Source of the DNA: Myxococcota bacterium
Lineage (GTDB): Bacteria > Myxococcota_A > SURF-8
DNA length: 64,000 nucleotides
Reading direction: 5' to 3'
NCBI GenBank assembly: GCA_965140415.1
Contig: OZ223209.1
Coordinates: 5,344,001 to 5,408,000 of the forward strand
Shown here: positions 9,421 to 19,444 of the stretch, one piece after another
Numbering within the stretch: the stretch's first letter is position 1
How the letters are laid out: each line of letters opens with the position of its first letter
Translations under genes and position numbers: made by a program
The notes under the pieces: generated by a model
Database searches by the model: none
What the model was told of the DNA's origin: nothing
The model's input: the letters and a program-made list of their open reading frames with translations, nothing else

Positions 9421-11466
9421 TCACAACACCTCCGCTTCTTCGCGCAGCATACCTGTTGCCTGCGATGTCTCCAATTTTTCGATTTTCGTACTTCCGGGGC
9501 CACTGCCCTTTAATAAGTAGAACTTACCCCATTGACCAGTCCCCTTCAGAATGCCGGATTCATATTGACCGAACTCCGAATCTGTTGCCAGCAAAATCCA
9601 CTGGGTACACCATTCAGGAACTCTCTCAATCAAATTCTGTCTGTGATTCCTGGATAAGCGACCAAAAGGAGTATCCATGAACAAAGGCATTTCAAATATT
9701 TCTTTTCCTGCTGCGGCTTTAGCTAACGCAGCAATGAAAGCAATCGACATAATCTGTCTTTGTCCTGCTGAGATATTTGCCAAGAACGGTTTGTCCCAAC
9801 GATCATAGACCTGTATGCTATAATCAGAATCAACCCCGATCTTTTTCAGAGTTTGTCTGCCCTCATCATCAAGCAACTCGGAGAAATATTTTGTGGCATC
9901 CATCCCAATTCGGTCACGAGTCTCGCCAGTGAATTCTTCAAATATGGCCTCTAGTGCAGTGGTCGTATCATCTGCAAGTTTTGATCTTTTAACAAGGTCG
10001 TCTCGTATCCCTTCTTCCTTTTCCAACTCTTTTCGTTCTAATAAAAACTGTTCCCGAAGCTCTTTCAGTACGGATAATTCAGCCTTGAGAGTGTTCTGCT
10101 CATTTTCTAAATGCCCAATCCTCTTATCAATCCCCTGACGAGTAGCTTCCAGTTTTTCTGCATCTCGTCTTGCTGAATCACCAATTTTGCCCTGAAGGTC
10201 TTCAAGTTTCCGATAAGCAACCTGCAGGTCGTTTTTCTTCACTGCATATTTCTGCAGAAGCGACTGGGTCGTTCCTGCAATATCCGTGTAATGGCTTTTC
10301 ACAGTACTCAAGTATCGCCATAGGTTCAGCATGGAGTCCTCTACAACAACATCCGTAACCTTGTCACGCCATTGGAGGATTTTCTTGTGACCCGATGTTC
10401 CAGGCGAAATGTCCTGACCGCAAATACAGGTGCCATCATTTATTAGCCTGTCGATGAGGTCTTTCCTTATTTCGGATGGAATTTCATGCTTTTTTTTGCG
10501 CTTATCAATATCTCTGAAAACCTTTTCAACAGGCTTTCTCAATAGAAGAAGTGATGCTTTTCCTGACTGTACTTTCATTTCCGACAGGAGTTCTTTCAAC
10601 TCGCTATCGAGAATCTTGATCTCTTTTTCTTTGCTCTTTCTCTCCTTGAGTAGATCTTCAATGCCACGAATTTTTTCAAGCTCAGCATCTACTTTTTTCT
10701 TCTCTGCAGCGGCTAGCTGCAACTCTTCATCAATCTGATTAACCCTTTCATCAAGCTCAGTGCTACGATCCTCATTCTCCCTTATTTTCTTAATGATCTT
10801 GGCCATTTCACCAGTTGCCCTGGTCTCAATATCTTTATCTAAATCCCTTCTAAGGCGTTTCGTTGAGCGTTTAGCTGCTTCTAAGGTGTCTATATTGAGC
10901 AGTTTTCTGACACCCATTGAAATCTCTTTTTTCTGCTCTCGAGATGCCCTGGTTAGCCGTTCAATTTTTTCACCATCAAATAAAAAGTATTCTCGCAAGC
11001 CCCTATCAAGAATTGAGGATATATGATCAGAAACCTCATTAGGATTTCTTACTGTTGTAGAATTTCCATCATTGTCTTGGATGATAAGTTGAACACCATT
11101 ATCTTCTTCAGCAACAGTTCCTTCTTTATTCAACAAACCGAGTAAGGATCGTTCTATTTTATATGATCTTCCTTCATGCTGAAACGAAAGCTGCACACCT
11201 GCAATGACTGGTTTGCTATCAGCGGATTTTTCTTCCATTTCCGGATAATTCACCAGATACAGTTCTTTATCGTTGACCTGGTCATCCTGGCTTAGCTTCT
11301 TTTCACCGTACAAGCAAAATAATAGTGCTCGATAAAGACCGGTTTTCCCTCGTCCATTTTCTCCGAAAACAACGGTGACGTTACCTTCTTTTCCTGAAGA
11401 AAAATCTATTTCTTGAGTGCCGCGAAATTGCCGGAAATTTTTAAGTACCATATTCTGGAGGATCAT
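9421..11466 (-). CDS. SMC/Rad50-like ABC ATPase (PbeC/DndD-like)
   Basis: Walker A GENGRGKT, FLFDGE, long coiled coils, central CICG hook, signature ISAGQ, Walker B/D-loop FMDTPFGRL. Confidence 0.85.
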   Translation of the reverse strand: MILQNMVLKNFRQFRGTQEIDFSSGKEGNVTVVFGENGRGKTGLYRALLFCLYGEKKLSQDDQVNDKELYLVNYPEMEEKSADSKPVIAGVQLSFQHEGRSYKIERSLLGLLNKEGTVAEEDNGVQLIIQDNDGNSTTVRNPNEVSDHISSILDRGLREYFLFDGEKIERLTRASREQKKEISMGVRKLLNIDTLEAAKRSTKRLRRDLDKDIETRATGEMAKIIKKIRENEDRSTELDERVNQIDEELQLAAAEKKKVDAELEKIRGIEDLLKERKSKEKEIKILDSELKELLSEMKVQSGKASLLLLRKPVEKVFRDIDKRKKKHEIPSEIRKDLIDRLINDGTCICGQDISPGTSGHKKILQWRDKVTDVVVEDSMLNLWRYLSTVKSHYTDIAGTTQSLLQKYAVKKNDLQVAYRKLEDLQGKIGDSARRDAEKLEATRQGIDKRIGHLENEQNTLKAELSVLKELREQFLLERKELEKEEGIRDDLVKRSKLADDTTTALEAIFEEFTGETRDRIGMDATKYFSELLDDEGRQTLKKIGVDSDYSIQVYDRWDKPFLANISAGQRQIMSIAFIAALAKAAAGKEIFEMPLFMDTPFGRLSRNHRQNLIERVPEWCTQWILLATDSEFGQYESGILKGTGQWGKFYLLKGSGPGSTKIEKLETSQATGMLREEAEVL

Positions 11467-11636
11467 TGGGTTTCCTCCTTTTCCTTAACGATCTGTTTCA
11501 CTGCACCTTTTAATTGCTCAACAACAAATGTTTCTGGATTTGTCTCTGACAATTCAAGGGCACGCATGGCCAAAGCCCTGACATCTTCCGGGTATTCCAG
11601 AAGTTTCTCGAGAATCAATTTGTGAGTCTGTGACAT
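11463..11636 (-). CDS. Small 57-aa protein (PbeB-like position), absent from the ORF track
   Basis: Hand-translated MSQTHKLILEKLLEYPEDVRALAMRALELSETNPETFVVEQLKGAVKQIVKEKEETQ. AGGAG RBS, and ATGA overlap with the ATPase start. Confidence 0.75.
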   Translation of the reverse strand: MSQTHKLILEKLLEYPEDVRALAMRALELSETNPETFVVEQLKGAVKQIVKEKEETQ

Positions 11637-11645
11637 GAAAAACTC

Positions 11646-13796
11646 CTATTTACTGTATTCCTCAGTTTCCATCGCTTCTTTTTCTATCTTTTCCATTACC
11701 TCGTGATAGATATCCCAAGGCTTCATATGCAGCAAGTGAATCATCTCATAATCATTGACAATATCCCAAACAACATTTCTTGCCTGAAATTCATTGACCG
11801 AGGCCGATGCAAACTCTGCAAATCTTGGCATCTCACGCTTAAGCAGCCCAATGTCCGTTTCAGATTTATACTTTGCATTCTCTCGATCAGGCAAAACAAG
11901 AAAATCATACACTTCGGCCTGCAATTTCCCTTCATCTTTCCTGAGGATCCTTCCCCTGCGTTGAACGAATTCCTTAGGATTTGAGGTGCTTGCGAGGAAA
12001 TAAGCATAACGAGTTGACGGTATATCAACACCTTCATCTAGGCAATGTATGGCAACTAATACCTGAATATCGCCTTTTTCAAACTGCTTTAAAACCACCT
12101 CGCGCTGGTTCATCGTCACAGAATAAACAAATTCATGGCAACGCAAGCCTAGCAGAGCAATATTTGCCAAAACCTCTTTATGAGTACCTGGAGCGCAGTA
12201 AACAAGCGTATTATTCAGCTCTTCACCAGCGTCCTCAACTTCCGCCTTTTTTTGCTTGAGGTGGTCTATCAAAAGAGGGATTTTATTTTGAGCTTTAGAG
12301 ATAATATTTGCACGTTTGAGCAATTGCTTCTTGAGACGTTCCTTTTCTTCTGGTTCATTGTCGAGGTCGCGGTTCGCCAGATAAGCAATTTTCTGAGATA
12401 ATTCCTCGTACTCTTCTCTTTCGTCAGTGGTAAGGGAGGTGAGTATTGGGGTATATTTGTACGGGGTCAGATATGTTCCGATAGCTTGTTCTAATGAGAA
12501 CTCAAAGCAGACATCTGAAAAGTAATCCCAAAGAACATCAGTCCCTTCTTCGTCATACCAACGATGAGGAGTGGCGGATAAGCCAATTCGCATGTCGGCG
12601 TTGGGAGAAAGTCCTCGCTTTAGATGTCTGGATCCTAGACGATGAACTTCATCGACGATTAGCAAAAATTTATCCGATGGCAGTTCATCTAAGATAGACT
12701 GAAATTTATCTCCTGCCGCAGTGTGCTGTACGGCAAGAATGCAGATATTGGGGAGTACACCTGTTTTGAAATCTTGAATTCTTGATCTTGCCTCTACATA
12801 CCACTTGTTGTGGTTGCCACTGCATAGGATGGGATACATGCCAAAGCGTTCACAATTGTCTCTCCATTGATTTAATAAATGGAGATAAGGCACAAGGATT
12901 ACGACAGCAATTCTTTCTAACTTGCTTTGCCGATCCATCGCTGCAGATAGAGCAGTGAACGTCTTTCCCGTTCCCGTCGCCATCTCAAAAATGCCGCTAT
13001 AGTTGCTTTCCTCCCATTTGGAGATTGCCTCTTCTTGATAAGGTCGAAGTTCAATTTTCGCGCCACCTGTAATAGAAAGGGATTTTGAAGGCTTCTTGGT
13101 TTTATCGTAGTCTTTGTATGGTCGTTCAGTGCTTCGTAAATTTACAATCTCTTTTTCAATGGCATCAGGAATAGGAAGCACTTCAAACTGGCTATTGCCC
13201 TCTTTCCAAAGTTTCTGAAGGCGTTTTAGGTGTTGTTCTACATATGGTAATTGACCTTGATCCCACGATCTAAATACAGAGAAGGCTTCTCCATTAAGAG
13301 ACCCCTTTGTTGAGTCATTGAAGGAGCCATGGATTGCAACAACATCGTTCTGTTTGTCAATAAATACGCCAACTTTGTCATGATAGTCGCCCGATTGACC
13401 GGCTTTTCTTGGGATGGCGAATTTGAACTCCAGTACCCCATCGGCAACCATCCACGCAAGGGCATTCAAGGTATCTTTTGAAAGCGAATAACTTAGTTCT
13501 TTTACTTGCTGACGCAAAATTGCTTTAAGCGTATCATCTTGCTTTGCCGCATCACCTGTCTGTAATGCTTCCCAATCCTGTTGCTGCAATATCGGCGAGG
13601 TTACGATCCGTGCAGAACCTCCATTCTCAACAAGAGCTTGGATACCTTGACAAGCAGTGCGAAGCCACCCGGAAGTAAAATAGCCGACTCCTCGCCAGTA
13701 TTCTATTGACTCGCAAAGTAGGGGTGCCATTAGGTCCTTAACAAGGTCATAATCAGCACTGTCATAAACGGGATGGAGTTGCAGATCAGTCAGCAT
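11646..13796 (-). CDS. PLD-nuclease-domain SF2 helicase (PbeA-like)
   Basis: N-terminal GYFTS, YHDK...HGSFNDS (PLD HxK/GSxN). LRPYQ, MATGTGKT, DEVH, LSATP, EGVDIP, QRRGRILR. Confidence 0.85.
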   Translation of the reverse strand: MLTDLQLHPVYDSADYDLVKDLMAPLLCESIEYWRGVGYFTSGWLRTACQGIQALVENGGSARIVTSPILQQQDWEALQTGDAAKQDDTLKAILRQQVKELSYSLSKDTLNALAWMVADGVLEFKFAIPRKAGQSGDYHDKVGVFIDKQNDVVAIHGSFNDSTKGSLNGEAFSVFRSWDQGQLPYVEQHLKRLQKLWKEGNSQFEVLPIPDAIEKEIVNLRSTERPYKDYDKTKKPSKSLSITGGAKIELRPYQEEAISKWEESNYSGIFEMATGTGKTFTALSAAMDRQSKLERIAVVILVPYLHLLNQWRDNCERFGMYPILCSGNHNKWYVEARSRIQDFKTGVLPNICILAVQHTAAGDKFQSILDELPSDKFLLIVDEVHRLGSRHLKRGLSPNADMRIGLSATPHRWYDEEGTDVLWDYFSDVCFEFSLEQAIGTYLTPYKYTPILTSLTTDEREEYEELSQKIAYLANRDLDNEPEEKERLKKQLLKRANIISKAQNKIPLLIDHLKQKKAEVEDAGEELNNTLVYCAPGTHKEVLANIALLGLRCHEFVYSVTMNQREVVLKQFEKGDIQVLVAIHCLDEGVDIPSTRYAYFLASTSNPKEFVQRRGRILRKDEGKLQAEVYDFLVLPDRENAKYKSETDIGLLKREMPRFAEFASASVNEFQARNVVWDIVNDYEMIHLLHMKPWDIYHEVMEKIEKEAMETEEYSK

Positions 13797-16779
13797 AATT
13801 CAGCAACTCCTTCAAGATAATTTCGCGACCTCGGATTACCACTTTACTGTTATCTCCTAGCATACTCGGGGTTAAGTGCCTTTTAATAATCCTCTCATTA
13901 GCAAGCATTTCTTGGAATTCGGCTAGATTTGCCGCTCCGTCCCATTCTTTTTCAAGTATCATATGGACAAGGTCTTCTAGGCAAGAAAGAAACCCATTCT
14001 CTGAAGCAGGGACAAAAGCCTCACGGGTATTGCCGAGGAGCTTAAATTTTCCGTTCTTTTTGAGTAAATCCGAAATCATAAAAGGGGACCAATACAAGCC
14101 AGATGGAAGCTTTGGCAGCTTGGGAGATTCTGCGAGGAGAGATATTCGTCCGAAATGCCTTCCTGCCATTTTAGCTGTTTCATAATGCAGATAAGCCAAA
14201 TCTTCTAGTTCACTTTGCTTAAGGTCACTCCATTCAAGCGTATCCTTATGGATAAAACATCCTGCGTGATAGAAGAAAACATTTTCGTGATTTGCTACAT
14301 AATAGACTTGTTGTTCTTGATATTTTAGATTTCTTACAAAATAATCTTCAAGCTTCTCATAAGGACATGGCGAATTGGCCTTTCTTATATATTCGACAAT
14401 CAATTCCTGAATACCATGTCGAGTTTCACTCTCGGAAGCACCGGGCCTTTCGATTCTTGGGTAACGTTCAAGCTCAAGTGAACCATCATTGTAATATTGC
14501 AGCAATGAATATAGCATGTCTGAACAATTGATGCCGTAGGCCAAGCAAGTAACTTGTTTTTCTTTAAAGAGCTTTTCAACAGAGAAATGCTCCTCAGTCA
14601 GTAATAGATTCACGGCGTATCTAAGAATATTTTCAATGGCATCCTGATTTACCGAAATATTATCAATATGAGCTATTTTGTTGCGAGTAACGTAAATTGC
14701 ATTCGGAATTCTGTATATCGCTTGATCAAACTGGAACGGTTTTAAAAGCATTTTGTCAAGTGCGAATCGTCTTAGCTCCTTTACTGTTTTCGGCTCACCT
14801 GTTTCCAGTAGAACATTTTCCAAAGCAACCGAAGTAGGCATATATTCTATAAAGGTTTCTCTTAAGTAAATGTAAGGGGTTTTAGGAAAAACGAGCTTGG
14901 GGTTTTTGTTTTGCTTTAAACAGGTATAAAGCGCCAATTCCGCAAACATGCCTGCTTGATTGCAACGCTTTTCAAAATGACGATATGCACCGTATGCAGA
15001 CACAAATGGGATATCATCCTGAAGTATTTTGATAAGCCATTCTTCAACATCATGAATCAGAGAGATCGGAACAATTGCGTTTTCTTTGTGAATGAACGTT
15101 CCCCTCTCCCAAAGCAAAGAATTTTCGCTACGGTCAAGCATGGCATGAACATTTCGCTCTTCAACATCGGGACGCCATTTCCTTAAATGCTCCGTGATCT
15201 CAGAGAAATGAGCATGTTTCCCTATAGATAACAATACTTCTTCTACCGCATCGATAGACCTGCCATGTTTAAGTTTCCACAACCCCCTTGAATACAGCCG
15301 ATATTTATGGATTTTCATCGAAAAGTTGCATTTTCCGATAGCATGAAATAGCAAAGCATCTGAAACGTTTACAATTCCAAGCTCTTGATCTTTCTGTATG
15401 TATTGGATAAATGCTTCCTTAAAAGCCTTCAGGCTTACACTCCACAATTCATTATTGTACCACTCATCTGCAATGGTTGGAGCTAGCTCTTCAATCTTTC
15501 TAGAGAAGGCTTTCAGATCAGGCATCAAAGTATTTTTAACTACGCTCCTCTTAGAGACTCTAAGATCTCTTTTTTTACTGATGTTCAATTCTAAGAAAAA
15601 CTCCAACAAACGTGTTGCTTTTGCCAGATAGTCTCCATCTTGACCAACACAAAAAAGCCTCTCAGTAAGCTCCTCAACGCTAATCATTCCACCTAACTGC
15701 TCTACGATGGATTCTGCTTTTTCAATCAGAGGAATCAATCTGGCTTGCTGAGTTTGCAATGAGGCTTTTTTTTCTATTGAAACTTCAATTTGACGAACTC
15801 GTTCTCTGGTAAGTTCACATTCCATCCCCGCTTGTTCCAACGTAACAGGTTCAGCCCCTAGCATTCCTTTACGAAGCATGAAAACTTTTGCCTGCTTATC
15901 TGAACGAGTCAAACTTCGTATCCATTTGGATAGCCAAGGGAAAGGATTTTCCACGTCAATCAATAACTCTTCAGACACATCAGCACTGGAACCCCGTTCA
16001 CTCAAACCTAAAAAACAGGGAGCTAGCAGTATTTTTCCCGTGGTCAATGGCTCTGATTTTGATAAAAGCAGATTTATTTGTGAAACCAGCCCGTTTTGAA
16101 TGGCATGAATCTCGTCAACTGTTTTTCTTCCACAATTCTTTGTCTCAAATAGGCGATTCCTTTCCAGTCTCATAAATTCAGAAAGTGAATCAACGCCAGA
16201 ATTGGTCACCACATATTTTGCTCGTTTACTTAACGAAGCCACTACAGCTTTGAAAAGTCGGCCTCCTGAATCGGGAATTTGCTCCATTACTATTCCAAAA
16301 TCACATGGAGAAGTGCTGGCAACATTGGGGCTCTTGCTGTTCTCCTCCCCGCCTGCTAAATGAGAAGCCAACTCTTTTTGCAATCTTTCAATTTCAAAAA
16401 CAGTCGTGCGACCGCAGTTCCTGCATCGAAACAATTCACCCGAAGATAAGGCTAAAAAACAATCTAAACTGGACACGCCAAGATCATCTAGCACACGGTT
16501 GGCGCGTACGCTTAGCAATTCTCTAAGGTTCTGAGTTCTAATATTAAACTTATTGGCTTGAGTACCTAATTCTGTTTTAAAGCCCTGTTTTAGCAGTGAA
16601 GCTTGAAATTCTTCAATTTCTCTGACAGTTTTAACACCACAGTTTCTCACTTGAAGAAGGTCATCTCTGGACAATTTAATAAATGATTCAATATCGGTCA
16701 CACCAATAGCGTCAAGAACACCTTTGGCTCTAACTGAAAGCGGAATATTTAGGATTTTAGAATTTTCATTCATCATCAT
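13786..16779 (-). CDS. Protein with 3 RNAP alpha-CTD-like repeats, a sigma70 region-4 HTH and wHTH-rich C-terminus
   Basis: Three repeats of LS(V/K)RA...NCG..TV.EI, then TLEQAG..ELTRERVRQIE. Overlaps the helicase start by 11 nt. Confidence 0.75.
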   Translation of the reverse strand: MMMNENSKILNIPLSVRAKGVLDAIGVTDIESFIKLSRDDLLQVRNCGVKTVREIEEFQASLLKQGFKTELGTQANKFNIRTQNLRELLSVRANRVLDDLGVSSLDCFLALSSGELFRCRNCGRTTVFEIERLQKELASHLAGGEENSKSPNVASTSPCDFGIVMEQIPDSGGRLFKAVVASLSKRAKYVVTNSGVDSLSEFMRLERNRLFETKNCGRKTVDEIHAIQNGLVSQINLLLSKSEPLTTGKILLAPCFLGLSERGSSADVSEELLIDVENPFPWLSKWIRSLTRSDKQAKVFMLRKGMLGAEPVTLEQAGMECELTRERVRQIEVSIEKKASLQTQQARLIPLIEKAESIVEQLGGMISVEELTERLFCVGQDGDYLAKATRLLEFFLELNISKKRDLRVSKRSVVKNTLMPDLKAFSRKIEELAPTIADEWYNNELWSVSLKAFKEAFIQYIQKDQELGIVNVSDALLFHAIGKCNFSMKIHKYRLYSRGLWKLKHGRSIDAVEEVLLSIGKHAHFSEITEHLRKWRPDVEERNVHAMLDRSENSLLWERGTFIHKENAIVPISLIHDVEEWLIKILQDDIPFVSAYGAYRHFEKRCNQAGMFAELALYTCLKQNKNPKLVFPKTPYIYLRETFIEYMPTSVALENVLLETGEPKTVKELRRFALDKMLLKPFQFDQAIYRIPNAIYVTRNKIAHIDNISVNQDAIENILRYAVNLLLTEEHFSVEKLFKEKQVTCLAYGINCSDMLYSLLQYYNDGSLELERYPRIERPGASESETRHGIQELIVEYIRKANSPCPYEKLEDYFVRNLKYQEQQVYYVANHENVFFYHAGCFIHKDTLEWSDLKQSELEDLAYLHYETAKMAGRHFGRISLLAESPKLPKLPSGLYWSPFMISDLLKKNGKFKLLGNTREAFVPASENGFLSCLEDLVHMILEKEWDGAANLAEFQEMLANERIIKRHLTPSMLGDNSKVVIRGREIILKELLNYAD

Positions 16780-16817
16780 TAGTTTATTTTTTGGTCTGGT
16801 GACTAGTAATAGGCTGG

Positions 16818-17051
16818 CTAATTAAAAAAAATAGCCTCACTGGGTTTAATATTCCCAACGGAAACTTGATGTTCGATAAAGGAGTTTAGTTGCCGCTTTG
16901 CAAGTTTTGATGGATTGACCTTTCCATTTTCCCAACGATTTACAGTTCCGAAGCTCACCCCCAATTCTCTTGCGAGATCTTCTTGGCTTATACCAAGTGC
17001 TTTTCTAATACGCTGTATGGCAATTTTGTAATTAAAACCCTTAGATACCAT
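16818..17051 (-). CDS. XRE-family HTH regulator
   Basis: IRKALGISQEDLARELGVSFGTVNRWENG. Start placed at ATG 17051 behind GGAG. Confidence 0.85.
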   Translation of the reverse strand: MVSKGFNYKIAIQRIRKALGISQEDLARELGVSFGTVNRWENGKVNPSKLAKRQLNSFIEHQVSVGNIKPSEAIFFN

Positions 17052-17092
17052 TTCCCGCTCTCCGTTTTCAATTACAGTCCTACTCGGCATCT

Positions 17093-17120
17093 GTTATACT
17101 AGGTGGTATAATGCAGTCAA
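17093..17120 (-). promoter_or_regulatory. Sigma70-like promoter with overlapping palindromic operator
   Basis: Minus strand TTGACT-N16-TATAAC. Palindrome TTATAC-N6-GTATAA at 17094-17111 overlaps it. Confidence 0.6.
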
Positions 17121-17296
17121 TAAAAAAGTAAAGATTACGATATTTTCGAGCTTGCATACTGAAGAAAATACCATGTTGAGGCCGCCAACCAAACTCTTTT
17201 CTCTTCCGAGACTGAAAATACTTAACAATTACATGCTAGTGCGGCATTTCCCAGATATCCCGTTTTGCCCAAAATTGCAAGATGCTCGATCCAAAT

Positions 17297-19345
17297 CTAT
17301 TTACTGCTCTCCAGATCCAGATACCTCAACCGGAAAGCCATTAGCCATTCCTTTTCAGCCTTGGTCAACTCGGCGGTTTCAAATTTCTTAATCAGCCAGT
17401 CGAGAGGCACATCATTGAAGCTGGCCATGGGCTGCAATAGTTCTCGGTATCCAGCGACCACACTTGCGCAAGCATCATCTTCTGGGTGACGCACCAGCAT
17501 GAACATCCCAGTCTCGTAGGGTGATCCCGGATGGACCTGTAGGGCGATAACCAGCAAATGGTCGCGCCATAGCTGGTTGTGGATGATGGCATCCACCTTG
17601 TCGTCGGTATCCGGCAAAAATATCGATGGCTCCGTCTGCATCCAGCGCCGGTAGGCCGGGCCGTCATAATGCTTTTGCGAAAACGGCTCGGTCAGTTTCG
17701 TTTCAATTCCAATGAAGGCCAGCTTTCCGTTTGTACGTTCGTAGTCGATGAAAGCGTCGAAGGCGGTGCGGTCATTGAGCATTTCATCCCTCGGTTCCGG
17801 CGCAAATTCGATCGTCACCCCTCGTACCTTTTTAACTTCACCCGGCAGGGTCGTCTGCAATAGCTTGGTGGCCAGCTTCGTATCAATCACCATTGGCCCG
17901 AAGAGATTAAAACACATCGGCTGGCTGGACAGCATGTTGTGAAGCAGACGGTAACGCTCCACAACTCCGATATTCATTGCCAGACGTGCCAGCGCTACTC
18001 GGAAAATCTCCGGTGTGAGGAAGTTCGCACCGGCTTCCGACGCTTCTGGCGCCAGCATATTTCCGTAATAGTTAAGACTGTTGGCCTTCGGTCCCTTGCC
18101 GTAGGGCGCATTGAGGATCTCGGACCTGTACCAGCTCTGATGATGACGCATGCGCGCAGTGAAGGCGTTATCGCCACTGTACTGAGGACCTAGACCCATG
18201 TGATCGGATGAATCCGATTGTTTCGGTTTCGGTTTATTAAGTCGTTTTCGGTCTGTTTGGCAGACGGGCTTGTGCGCCGCAACGCTCGGAGCTTGCTTAA
18301 GTCGCTTTAGATCTGCCAATCCTTCCACTTTTAAACCGAACCAACCGGGCCAGGCCGCCAAAGCCACCTTGGCGGTCTCTACTCGTCCGATAGCAGCCAT
18401 CTCCGGACAGTCATAAAGCTCACCCATCAATCTCGCGAGCTGACTGAAAAACGGGTTTAGTTCGTCTGTATGCTTGCGAAAGTAGTCCAGGTAGTCCTGC
18501 ACTTGGGTGAGGGCGCTGTAGTCCTTTTCACGTTTCAACTCAATCAGCACCAGAGTCCGGCTGACCAAGTCTACAGCAAGCAAATCGGTGAACAGCTGAC
18601 CTCGTTTCCTAGGATTATCGATGCGCCACTGACTATGAAGAAAGCGCAGACGCTCGGGAAATCCGGGCATGGTAAGATGATTGGCCTGCGCTTCACTGAT
18701 TATCTTGGCTTCAAGCTGATTCTCCCTGGAGTTGCCTTTCTGCCTCGATCGAACACCGTCAAGATAGGCGATACGCGAGGGAATACTCGCTTCGACAGCC
18801 AGCCAGGTCGTCCCGCGTCGCAGCAACGACTGGTCTCCTTCGCCAATACCAATTCTTGGTTTAGGTGAGCGGGCATGCAAATCCACCATACGAACCCCGC
18901 TGTCCAATGGCCGAAAGTACACGCCACCGAATGCAGGAATCGCGTCCATACGCTGCTTGATATCCCGGAATTCTTCGGTGGCCATATAGGCCAGGGTGTC
19001 GTAATGACCGGATCTCACAACGTTTCCGGCAGTTGCAACTGGGACGGGCTTCGATTTTATTGGCTTTGATTTTGGGGCTTTCGGTTGGGGGGCAGAACCG
19101 GCAAGCTCCCAGATTGAACCGCGTTTCGTTCTCGATTGCAACTCGGTTAGCAGAGGTTGACCGCTATCATCGATCAGATTTTTAAGAGCTTTGCCGACAA
19201 ATGCGTGGTAATGCGAGTGTGTTTTCAAATGCTCGTGGGCCTCCCGCATAACCTGATGTTCAGAAATATCTTTTGTTGCGAAAGTGCCGGACATACATGC
19301 AATGGCTGCCAGCATGGCCTTGCGATTGACGTCTTTATAACCCAT
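17297..19345 (-). CDS. Double PD-(D/E)XK nuclease (central nuclease domain plus PGN_0703-like restriction endonuclease domain)
   Basis: Central FTDLLAVD...LIELKR...QVQDY. C-terminal NMLSSQPMCFNLF...DRTAFD...IETKLTEPF...NQLWRDHLL. Confidence 0.7.
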   Translation of the reverse strand: MGYKDVNRKAMLAAIACMSGTFATKDISEHQVMREAHEHLKTHSHYHAFVGKALKNLIDDSGQPLLTELQSRTKRGSIWELAGSAPQPKAPKSKPIKSKPVPVATAGNVVRSGHYDTLAYMATEEFRDIKQRMDAIPAFGGVYFRPLDSGVRMVDLHARSPKPRIGIGEGDQSLLRRGTTWLAVEASIPSRIAYLDGVRSRQKGNSRENQLEAKIISEAQANHLTMPGFPERLRFLHSQWRIDNPRKRGQLFTDLLAVDLVSRTLVLIELKREKDYSALTQVQDYLDYFRKHTDELNPFFSQLARLMGELYDCPEMAAIGRVETAKVALAAWPGWFGLKVEGLADLKRLKQAPSVAAHKPVCQTDRKRLNKPKPKQSDSSDHMGLGPQYSGDNAFTARMRHHQSWYRSEILNAPYGKGPKANSLNYYGNMLAPEASEAGANFLTPEIFRVALARLAMNIGVVERYRLLHNMLSSQPMCFNLFGPMVIDTKLATKLLQTTLPGEVKKVRGVTIEFAPEPRDEMLNDRTAFDAFIDYERTNGKLAFIGIETKLTEPFSQKHYDGPAYRRWMQTEPSIFLPDTDDKVDAIIHNQLWRDHLLVIALQVHPGSPYETGMFMLVRHPEDDACASVVAGYRELLQPMASFNDVPLDWLIKKFETAELTKAEKEWLMAFRLRYLDLESSK

Positions 19346-19383
19346 AATTATCTCCCAAATCCGCTCTGTTCAACATGTCTGAG

Positions 19384-19422
19384 AGCATATATCACGCTGC
19401 GACAGAATACGTCGCCACGTGA
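19384..19422 (-). promoter_or_regulatory. Putative WYL-regulator box plus -10 element
   Basis: TCACGctGCGAC-N7-GTCGCcaCGTGA inverted repeat at 19392-19422. Minus-strand TATGCT at 19389-19384. Confidence 0.6.
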
Positions 19423-19444
19423 ACAGTCAGAGCAGGAATTGTTC

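Noticed and set aside
9421-11466. Calling the ATPase DndD, SbcC, or a Lamassu/Wadjet SMC
   Set aside because: There is no dndC/dndE, sbcD, lmuA or jetABD. The flanking genes fit the PbeABCD order better.
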